IMG/VR virus record: IMGVR_UViG_3300049448_000391 | Source: a virus | Length of the DNA stretch: 60,190 nt | Strand: one strand, 5' to 3' | In this document: one piece after another, positions 52,872-59,783 of the stretch | Layout of the letters: each line of letters opens with the position of its first letter | Numbering within the stretch: the first letter of the stretch is position 1 | Notes under the pieces: model-generated | Databases searched by the model: none | Seen by the model: only the letters and a program-made list of their open reading frames with translations | What the model was told of the DNA's origin: nothing | Made by a program: the position numbers and the translations under genes

Positions 52872-52880
52872 CCAATACCA

Positions 52881-53222
52881 ATGGGCAACGACGCCGTTTC
52901 CGCTCCGGAGCTGCTTCGGCAGTTCCTCGATGAAAACAAGATCACCCAGGCCACCGCCGCGGCGGCCCTGGGGGTCCAGCGTCCCGTCATCAGTCTCTGG
53001 CTGAACGGGCACTCGGTTCCCCAGCTCAAGAGGCGCCGAGACATCGCGATCTGGACCGGCGGCAAGGTGACCGAGGAGGCGTGGGAGTCGGCTGCCGATG
53101 CGCCGACGGTGACGCCGTTCATACAGGATCACTCTGAACCGCAGGAGCCCGGTGGTGCTCCCGCTGCGACCTTTCCGGCTGGAGGCCTTCCTGCCGCGGC
53201 TGGAGTTGCGCCTCGTGGCTGA
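52881..53222 (+). CDS. Cro/XRE-type HTH regulator
   Basis: ITQATAAAALGVQRPVISLWLNG HTH; first gene of the rightward arm. Confidence 0.6.
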   Translation: MGNDAVSAPELLRQFLDENKITQATAAAALGVQRPVISLWLNGHSVPQLKRRRDIAIWTGGKVTEEAWESAADAPTVTPFIQDHSEPQEPGGAPAATFPAGGLPAAAGVAPRG

Positions 53223-53430
53223 GACGGATAACCCCCACGATGCCGCGAAGGCCCGCGCGTTCATGAAGCGCGTGTCGAACTTCGTCGATGCGCAGTTCGA
53301 GGCCGGTGCGCTCAGCGTCGCCGCCGCAAGCGTGGCACCCGAAGAGGGAGAGCTCTTCCGCGCTGTCGTGACATCGGACCTGCTCGACAGCCCGCACGTG
53401 ATGAGCGAGCGGCATTCGGAGAACGAGTGA
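53215..53430 (+). CDS. Hypothetical protein (71 aa)
   Basis: GTG 53215 overlapping the cro-like stop. Confidence 0.4.
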   Translation: MAETDNPHDAAKARAFMKRVSNFVDAQFEAGALSVAAASVAPEEGELFRAVVTSDLLDSPHVMSERHSENE

Positions 53431-54026
53431 TGTTCGACGTCCCCAGCGATCTCACGCTCACGCGCCAGGGCGTCAACGGCGCGCTTAGGGATTGGTCGCG
53501 CAAGATCGGCAGGCCCTCCGTTGACCTCCCGTGGCCCGAATTGGCGCCCGATCTCCTCTCGCCGCCGCAGTGTTCGTCCCTTTCGTGGGTCTACATCGCT
53601 CGACGCCCCTGCGACGGAGTCCTCAAGGTCGGCTTTTCCGGCGATCCGCTTCGTCGCGTGAAGCATCTGTCGCGCGGAGGTGGCGGGTTCAACGCGATCG
53701 GCTTTCTCCCGTTCTGCACGCTCGCGCACGAAGCGGAGCTGATCAATGTGCTCGCCCCATTCGCGCTGGACGGCGGCCGGGAATGGTTCCGCGACTGCAG
53801 GGAGACGCGACTCTTCGCCTGGCAGATTACCGCGGCCCTCGCCGAGCCGATCATCGACGAGCCGCTCAAGGTCTTCGGCTACGAGCTGAAGGACGCCTTT
53901 CGAGCACTCGGGGAGTTCATCGCTGGGGGGTACGTCGAGCCCTCTTGGCTCGACCCGGAAGACCACGCCGCAATCGAAATGGCCGAGCAAGACCGATGGG
54001 AGGCGGAGATCGATGAAGCCTGCTGA
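53427..54026 (+). CDS. GIY-YIG superfamily / T5orf172-like domain protein
   Basis: WVYIARRPCDGVLKVGFSGDPLRRVKHL...EAELINVLAPFALDGGREWF matches the T5orf172/MUG113 pattern. Confidence 0.55.
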   Translation: MMFDVPSDLTLTRQGVNGALRDWSRKIGRPSVDLPWPELAPDLLSPPQCSSLSWVYIARRPCDGVLKVGFSGDPLRRVKHLSRGGGGFNAIGFLPFCTLAHEAELINVLAPFALDGGREWFRDCRETRLFAWQITAALAEPIIDEPLKVFGYELKDAFRALGEFIAGGYVEPSWLDPEDHAAIEMAEQDRWEAEIDEAC

Positions 54027-54101
54027 CCCGAGGCGGAAGAAGAGTCCCGCGCCGTGCACGACGATCTTCGTGACGGCGCTGCCGCACCTGAGGCGCGCGT
54101 G

Positions 54102-54311
54102 ATGGCGAAGCTCATCTGGATCCTCGCGGCCATGTTCGCGACCGCCGCATGTGCGCTCGCGTTCGTCGTGACGCACGAAGAACGGTTCGCTTTCTACAGC
54201 GCCTTCTGCGGGCTGAGCGGGCTCATCTTCATCCAGGATCGCCAGCTCGACCGGCTCAAGGATCGCGTCGAGGAACTCGAAGACGCGCACTCGCGTAGGT
54301 GGGAACCGTGA
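54102..54311 (+). CDS. Small two-TM membrane protein (69 aa)
   Basis: MAKLIWILAAMFATAACALAFVV...FYSAFCGLSGLIFI. Confidence 0.45.
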   Translation: MAKLIWILAAMFATAACALAFVVTHEERFAFYSAFCGLSGLIFIQDRQLDRLKDRVEELEDAHSRRWEP

Positions 54312-54700
54312 CCCACCAGTCCGACTCCCCGCCGTCGTCACGCAGTGGAACGCAGCGGGTTGACGTGATCGACGAGCTCCTCGCGGCACCCGTGCGCGCC
54401 CGGATTCAATCCGTGCGCGGCCCCTCCATCGTGAAAGCCACATGCTCATGGGACGAGCTGTGCAAGCGCCGCGCCCAAGACATGTACGCGGCTGCCGTGC
54501 ACACGAGCGGAGGCTACTCACCGGCCGCGCGCCGCCAGCAATGCGACGAGTCGACGGTGCGTGACCGTTGCCACGATCCGAGGAAGATTCCCGCCCTCTG
54601 GCATGCGCTCGCCGGTCTCTCTCGAGCCGGCCTCTACGAGCTCGCGTCGGCGATCTGCGACTTCGCCGATCAACAGGAGGCGAAGCGCCATGTCGGCTAA
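54308..54700 (+). CDS. Hypothetical protein (130 aa)
   Basis: GTG 54308 in GTGA overlap. Confidence 0.45.
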   Translation: MTHQSDSPPSSRSGTQRVDVIDELLAAPVRARIQSVRGPSIVKATCSWDELCKRRAQDMYAAAVHTSGGYSPAARRQQCDESTVRDRCHDPRKIPALWHALAGLSRAGLYELASAICDFADQQEAKRHVG

Positions 54701-54824
54701 TCGTGGCGTCGCAGCAGGTTCGGGCCCGATGGGCCCGGGTGCAAATGATTCGCACGCTTGCGGAGTCGCGCCGCTCATCCGTCCAGGAGAGTGGTCATGC
54801 GTCACTTCGCGTCCGTTCACTACT

Positions 54825-54873
54825 GCTCGCGGCATCGGGCCGCACGAGAGTTCGACTCTCTCGGCGAGCGCCG
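54825..54873 (+). other. tRNA-like acceptor/T-arm minihelix or degraded tRNA remnant
   Basis: GCTCGC(G)-14 nt-CGAGAG TTCGACT CTCTCG-GCGAGC-G-CCG: 6-bp acceptor-like stem stacked on a 6-bp T-stem with a TTCGACT loop. Confidence 0.3.
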
Positions 54874-55060
54874 GATCGCGCGTAGGAGGCTGTTACCCCG
54901 CGGCCCCACGCGCGGTCCTCTTTCACCGGCTGATTCGCACAGGCCACGGAACAACACGGCGTGTTGAAGAGCGGCAACGCTCGGAGCGTTGTGCCGGCCC
55001 GAGGGGAAGCGTCGCCGTCGAAAGCCGGCGCCCCTCGGGGGTGATTCTCCGGGGTGCCCC

Positions 55061-55147
55061 GTGATCCTCACCGCCGTCCTCTTCGCGCCCGTCGTCGTTC
55101 TGTGGGCGATGTTCGAGCTGCTCGCTCGCTTCTTGGGGTGGGCGTGA
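55061..55147 (+). CDS. 28-aa hydrophobic peptide
   Basis: VILTAVLFAPVVVLWAMFELLARFLGWA; its stop overlaps the next GTG (GTGA). Confidence 0.35.
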   Translation: MILTAVLFAPVVVLWAMFELLARFLGWA

Positions 55148-55224
55148 CCGCTCTCGCGATCCTCTCCGGCATCGTCGCCGCGTCCGTGACGGGTCTCGTT
55201 CTCGCTCTGGTGTTGATCCGATGA
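55144..55224 (+). CDS. 26-aa hydrophobic peptide
   Basis: VTALAILSGIVAASVTGLVLALVLIR; its stop overlaps the next ATG (ATGA). Confidence 0.35.
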   Translation: MTALAILSGIVAASVTGLVLALVLIR

Positions 55225-55490
55225 ACCTCTCCGCCTTCCAGCTCTGCGCCCTCGCCTTGGTCGTCGCAGGCTACTCGTGGCTCGCGTTCCGTCTCGGGAT
55301 GAACCACGAGCGCGACTCGAAGCGCCGAGCGCTCTACCGCCGAATCATGGCCGACATGAAGGCCGAGCCGGAGATCCGAAAGATGGCGGAGACGGCTCGT
55401 CGTCGTGCCGAGATGCGGCGCCTCACCGTCCTCAAGGGCGGCCTCGTCGAGCGCGGGCCGTTTGCGCTCCCGGGAAGGCGGCAGGCGTGA
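55221..55490 (+). CDS. Small N-terminal-TM protein (89 aa)
   Basis: MNLSAFQLCALALVVAGYSWLAF then a basic helix. Confidence 0.5.
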   Translation: MNLSAFQLCALALVVAGYSWLAFRLGMNHERDSKRRALYRRIMADMKAEPEIRKMAETARRRAEMRRLTVLKGGLVERGPFALPGRRQA

Positions 55491-55858
55491 CCTCCCCTCT
55501 CCTTACCCACCGCGAGGCCGCGTCCTACGTGAAGCTCTCTCCACAAGCTTTCGACAGGCACGTGCGTCCAGTCTTGACGAAGATCCCGCCGTCGCGTCCC
55601 CTGCGCTTCCTCCGCTCGGAGCTCGACGCATGGCTCGCCCGTCTTCAGGCTGGAAACTCCGACCTCCCCGCGACAAGTGCGGCAGCTACACCGTCCGTTT
55701 CTGGTGGCAAGGCCGAGAAATCGAGCGCAGCACCGGGACCGCGGACCCTGAACGAGCTGCGAGCGAAGCTGCGCGGATCTACGCCCGCGAAGTCTCACGA
55801 CCGGAGCAACGTCGTCCCGTTCAAGTCCGCGCAGTCGGCGAACTCGAGGAGTCGGTAA
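55487..55858 (+). CDS. Excisionase-type HTH protein (putative)
   Basis: GTGA overlap; LLTHREAASYVKLSPQAFDRHV...LRFLRSELDAWL; the 3' 229 nt overlap int out of frame. Confidence 0.45.
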   Translation: MTSPLLTHREAASYVKLSPQAFDRHVRPVLTKIPPSRPLRFLRSELDAWLARLQAGNSDLPATSAAATPSVSGGKAEKSSAAPGPRTLNELRAKLRGSTPAKSHDRSNVVPFKSAQSANSRSR

Positions 55859-56727
55859 CCCGATGGCTCGATTCGCTCATCCCGACGCACGACGCGGGCA
55901 CGGTGGAGTGTTACCTCGACTACGCGCGGTCGCACTGGTTCCCGTTCTTCTCGGGGATGCAGTCGGTGACGGACGCGGAGTGCGACCGGTACATGCGGGC
56001 GCGACTCTCGAAGGTGCAGGCGACCACGGTCAAGAAGGAGCTCTCGGCGCTCCGCGGCTTCACGTCGTGGGCGACAGCGAAGCGGCTCATCGGGCCGGTC
56101 GTGGTGCCGACGGTGCCGAAGCGATCGACGGGCGCGACGTATCGAAACGAGAACGGCGAGACGGTGCGACGACGAGCGGCAGCGATCCCGATCTCGCCGA
56201 AGGAGGCGCGCGCGATCCTCGCCGGGCTTCCCGAGCGGAGCACCAGCAAGAAGGTTCCGGAGTTTCCGATCCGCGCTCGGTTCGAGGTTCAGTACGAGAC
56301 GGGGCTACGGCCCGAGCTGATCGATCTGCTCTCGGTGCCGGAGCACTACCGCAAGAAGGCGACGCACCTTCGGATCCCGGGCGAGCTCGACAAGGCACGG
56401 CAGGCGCGACGGGTCCCGCTATCGGCGGCGGCTCGGAAGGCGCTCGACCGGGTCTGTCCCGAGAAGGGTCTCATCTTCGGGCACCACGACTATCGGGAGC
56501 ACCTGAAGCTCGCGGCGGCCGACGTGCTACCAGCGGAGCGGGCAGAGCTCTTCTGCGGGGCTCACTTGCGGTCAGCGCGGATCACGCACTGGCTCGACGA
56601 GGGGGCGCCCCTCACGGGCGTGATGCGACTCGTCGGGCACACGCGTCTCGAGACGACCGCGAAGTATGTGCGAGCCTCGGACAAGGTGGCCGAGGAGATT
56701 GTCGCGCCGAAGCGCCGCCGTCGTTGA
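55630..56727 (+). CDS. int: Tyrosine integrase
   Basis: ETGLRPELI (R), HLRSARITHW (H..R), GHTRLETTAKYV (H...Y); arm-type N-domain YTVRFWWQGREIERSTG; its stop is 1 nt from the tRNA 3' end. Confidence 0.85.
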   Translation: MARPSSGWKLRPPRDKCGSYTVRFWWQGREIERSTGTADPERAASEAARIYAREVSRPEQRRPVQVRAVGELEESVTRWLDSLIPTHDAGTVECYLDYARSHWFPFFSGMQSVTDAECDRYMRARLSKVQATTVKKELSALRGFTSWATAKRLIGPVVVPTVPKRSTGATYRNENGETVRRRAAAIPISPKEARAILAGLPERSTSKKVPEFPIRARFEVQYETGLRPELIDLLSVPEHYRKKATHLRIPGELDKARQARRVPLSAAARKALDRVCPEKGLIFGHHDYREHLKLAAADVLPAERAELFCGAHLRSARITHWLDEGAPLTGVMRLVGHTRLETTAKYVRASDKVAEEIVAPKRRRR

Positions 56728-56728
56728 G

Positions 56729-56812
56729 TGCTGACGGTCGGGGTCGAACCGACACGCCCTTGCGGGCACCAGCTCCTGAAGCTGGCGCGTCTGCCAATTC
56801 CGCCACGTCAGC
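56729..56812 (-). tRNA. tRNA-Leu(CAG): tRNA-Leu (anticodon CAG), full length, no encoded CCA
   Basis: Folded by hand: acceptor GCTGACG/CGTCAGC, 3-bp D-stem, anticodon stem CCAGC/GCTGG with loop TTCAGGA, long variable arm GCCC-GCAA-GGGC, T-arm GTCGG-TTCGACC-CCGAC, discriminator A. Confidence 0.9.
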
Positions 56813-57112
56813 GTTTCTGGGAGAGCAGCCCCTCGGATTCCCGGGAGACCACGCTTTCGATCGGTGTTTCCTCTCAATCCGTCAAGAACCTGAATCTAAT
56901 GGGTTTTTCGGAATCGTTGAGGAATCTGCCGACGAAGTAGTGCGAGCGCATCTGAGAATCTCGGAAGCCCTCCCGGTTACTGGGAGAGTCTCCCGGGAGA
57001 GTCGACGAGGGTACCACGCGGTCGCGAAGGCCCGCCTCTCCCTCGCCGCCGCCCGCGTATCGGCTGCCCTCGCCTGGTCGGCCCTCGGCCTGCCCGCGCT
57101 CCGGAGGGTCGC
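56813..57112. other. Candidate attP arm region
   Basis: Non-coding, less GC-rich; CTGGGAGAG at 56817 and 56980; TCCCGGGAGA at 56839 and 56991; GAATC(T/G) at 56892, 56911, 56922, 56956. Confidence 0.4.
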
Positions 57113-57589
57113 ATGATACCCCTCCGCCGCGGCTACCCGCACGACGAGTCCGCCCGTCGCGCCCGGATGATCAACCTCGCCGGCAAGCAGGTCGGTCGCT
57201 GCGTCGTCGTGCGCCTCTCCGAGAACAAGCGCCTCGGCGCCCGCTGGATCCTCCGCTGCCAGTGCGGCAACGAGTTCGAGGTTCTCGGGTTCAACGTCCG
57301 CGACGCGGGACCGAACTACGCGTGTCCGACGTGCCGCCCTCGCGGGCGCCGTCCGGTCCGTAGCCCCATCCACTGCACCGAGTGCGGCTCTGGTGGCCAC
57401 AACCGCGCGACGTGCCCGCGACGAACGATGCCCAGCAAGTCGCCGCTCGCGTGCTTCGGGTGCGCGGGCCTTCCGCATCGGCGGCCGAAGGATGGGTGCG
57501 TTTGCGGCGGCCGCTACGCCCCCGAGGCGCCCGTCACGATCGACGACGTCATGGCCATGCCGGCGAAGGCGCCGAGGGAGTGCGCGTGA
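57113..57589 (+). CDS. Cys-rich protein with a CCHC zinc-knuckle-like motif
   Basis: CQCGNEF...CPTC and CTECGSGGHNRATC (C-x2-C-x4-H-x4-C). Confidence 0.55.
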   Translation: MIPLRRGYPHDESARRARMINLAGKQVGRCVVVRLSENKRLGARWILRCQCGNEFEVLGFNVRDAGPNYACPTCRPRGRRPVRSPIHCTECGSGGHNRATCPRRTMPSKSPLACFGCAGLPHRRPKDGCVCGGRYAPEAPVTIDDVMAMPAKAPRECA

Positions 57590-58170
57590 AACTCGCCGCC
57601 GCGATCCTCCTCGTGATCTCGCACTGGGATCACGCCTGCTATCCGGTCGACACCCCGCCGCCCGAGACCGTCGGCGAGTTCCAGATCCGGGAGGAGACCA
57701 TCGCGGAGGCCGACGCGGAGATCGCCGAGGAGGTCGCGCAGCCGTGGGGCGTCACGATCGTCGCCGCCGGCGTCGCGGTCGTCTTCCACTCGGAGAGCCG
57801 GTTCGATTGGTACATTCACGCGGGCGTCCCGCACCCTGATCCGTCGCACCACGAGGATCACGGGCTCGCGCGGTGCATGGGCTCGCTCCATGCGAACAAG
57901 CTCCTCTCGCACGACGAATGGCTCGGGCTCGCCGGTACGAGCCTCGAAGCGACGACGCGCTGTGCGCTCCGTACGGCGCTCGCCCTTCGTTCGTCGCACT
58001 GGGTCTGCGCGCACGACCTCCCGCCGAGCGAGTACGCGATGGCGCTCACGCTCGAGCACTACGCCCGCGGGCACTGCGCGGAGCCCGGCACGGAGTCGTG
58101 GAAGCGCGCGGCGCGGTGGATGCGGACCGCGAACCGAATCGGCGAGCTCGTAAAGGGGAGGCATAGCTGA
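57586..58170 (+). CDS. Hypothetical protein, weak lytic-transglycosylase-like motif
   Basis: GTGA overlap; hydrophobic N-terminus; VFHSESRFDW (E-S) block. Confidence 0.35.
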   Translation: MKLAAAILLVISHWDHACYPVDTPPPETVGEFQIREETIAEADAEIAEEVAQPWGVTIVAAGVAVVFHSESRFDWYIHAGVPHPDPSHHEDHGLARCMGSLHANKLLSHDEWLGLAGTSLEATTRCALRTALALRSSHWVCAHDLPPSEYAMALTLEHYARGHCAEPGTESWKRAARWMRTANRIGELVKGRHS

Positions 58171-59213
58171 TGGGCGCAACGCCGATCGAATGGACCGACT
58201 TTTCGATCAACCCGCTCCGCGCGCGTCTCCGCGACCGCGTCGGGCACTACTGCGAGAAGGTCTCGCCGGGCTGCAAGAATTGTTACAGCTCGCGCCTGCA
58301 GCCCCGTTTCGGGCTCCCGCAGTTCCAGGAGCAGCGCGGCAACGCGGACGTGAAGAGCTTCCTCGACGAGACGAAGCTCCACGAGGTCCTCCGCCGCCGG
58401 AAGCCCACCAAGTTCTTTTGGTGTGACATGACCGACATGTTCGGGGAGTGGGTGCCGGACGAGGCGATCGCGATGTGCTTCGCGGCGATGGCCGCGACGA
58501 CCTGGCACACGCACCAGGTCCTCACGAAGCGCGCCGACCGCCTTCGCGAGATCGTACCGAAGCTCTACGCGAACGACGGCGCGATGCTCATCGAGGCCGC
58601 GGAGCGACTCGCGCCGCAGATCGACGCCTGTCACATCGGCGAGGACGATTGGAAGTTCCCGCTCCCGAACGTGTGGCTCGGCGTCTCCGCGGAGGACCAG
58701 GCGCGAGCGGACGAGCGGATCCCTGATCTCCTGGCGACGCCGGCTGCTGTGCGTTTCGTGTCGGCGGAGCCGCTCCTAGGACGGGTGAACCTCGAGCGCG
58801 TCCTCTGGACGCAATGCGAGCGCTGCGGTGGTTCCTGCTCCGTCCCCGTCCCAGGAGGCGGCCGCCCGTGTCCCGCATGCCTCGAGCACCAGGGTTTCCA
58901 GCGCGGCGGTCTCGACTGGGTGATTGTTGGCGGGGAGAGCGGACAGCAGGCGCGTCAGTGCGATATCGCGTGGATCCGTTCGCTCGTCGAGCAGTGTCGT
59001 TCCGCTGGCGTCGCCGCGTTCGTGAAGCAGCTTGGGGCGAAACCGGTCCCATTGAAGCCGATGCGGCTGCCCTCGTGGAACGCGTCCACCGGCAAGCCGC
59101 ACCGAGGGTGGATCGACGACACCCATCACGCGTTGTCCGACTCGAAGGGCGGCGAGATCACGGAGTGGCCCGAGGACCTCCGTGTTCGCGAGTTTCCGGA
59201 GGCGCACCCGTGA
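58170..59213 (+). CDS. Phage Gp37/Gp68 family (DUF5131-like) protein
   Basis: N-terminal IEWTDFSINPLR...VSPGCKNCYS and the later FVSAEPLLG and VGGESG blocks are typical of this family. Confidence 0.75.
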   Translation: MGATPIEWTDFSINPLRARLRDRVGHYCEKVSPGCKNCYSSRLQPRFGLPQFQEQRGNADVKSFLDETKLHEVLRRRKPTKFFWCDMTDMFGEWVPDEAIAMCFAAMAATTWHTHQVLTKRADRLREIVPKLYANDGAMLIEAAERLAPQIDACHIGEDDWKFPLPNVWLGVSAEDQARADERIPDLLATPAAVRFVSAEPLLGRVNLERVLWTQCERCGGSCSVPVPGGGRPCPACLEHQGFQRGGLDWVIVGGESGQQARQCDIAWIRSLVEQCRSAGVAAFVKQLGAKPVPLKPMRLPSWNASTGKPHRGWIDDTHHALSDSKGGEITEWPEDLRVREFPEAHP

Positions 59214-59386
59214 ACGACCCACGCCCCGATCTCGCTCCCCCGCCGTCCGGCCCCGTGTGGTGGACCGGCAACTGCCGCGGCGTCGGCGCGGGGTGCGCGT
59301 TCACGACATACGCATTCGACGCCCGCCGGGAGATCGCGCGCGATCTCGGGGTTTCGCCTGAGCAAGTGGAGGTCGTGCAGGCATGA
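59210..59386 (+). CDS. Hypothetical small protein (58 aa)
   Basis: GTGA overlap. Confidence 0.4.
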   Translation: MNDPRPDLAPPPSGPVWWTGNCRGVGAGCAFTTYAFDARREIARDLGVSPEQVEVVQA

Positions 59387-59616
59387 AGATCGGAGCCCGC
59401 GCCTGCCTCCTCGTGTCCGAGCACGGCATCCTCGTGCCGACCCGCGCGCCGTACGGCCGCCGGGAGGCGATCGAGCACTTGCTCCTCGTCGAGCGCGATG
59501 TCGCAGAGCGACTGAAGTGCGTGACCGTCGATGTGACCGACGTCGAGTCGTTCGACGAGGTCCTCCGCGTCGCGAACGCGCCGACTCTTCCGCCGCCGGC
59601 GCCGGGGGATTCATGA
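59383..59616 (+). CDS. Hypothetical small protein (77 aa)
   Basis: ATGA overlap. Confidence 0.45.
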   Translation: MKIGARACLLVSEHGILVPTRAPYGRREAIEHLLLVERDVAERLKCVTVDVTDVESFDEVLRVANAPTLPPPAPGDS

Positions 59617-59783
59617 CGAAGGCGGCGACGTGCAGCACCGGGAAGCGGCAGTACCGCTCGCAGCGGGCCGCGAAACTCGCGCACACGAAGGCGCACTTCC
59701 GGGTCCGCCCATACCGCTGCGACGAGTGCGGCCTCTGGCACGCGGCGAACCACGAGAAGGAAGGGGCGGCGAGAGGGCGATGA
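59613..59783 (+). CDS. Small zinc-ribbon-like protein (56 aa)
   Basis: ATGA overlaps at both ends; YRCDECGLWH. Confidence 0.45.
   Translation: MTKAATCSTGKRQYRSQRAAKLAHTKAHFRVRPYRCDECGLWHAANHEKEGAARGR

Noticed and set aside
52797-54755. 652-aa minus-strand ORF across the cro-like, T5orf172-like and neighbouring genes.
   Set aside because: Arg-rich low-complexity translation. The plus-strand genes here have HTH and GIY-YIG-type motifs and 4-nt coupling. The long ORF would also run through the divergent promoter region.
55863-57116. 417-aa plus-strand ORF running through the integrase, the tRNA and the attP arm.
   Set aside because: It is out of frame with a motif-rich integrase, crosses a well-folding tRNA, and has an Arg/Gly-rich artefact composition.
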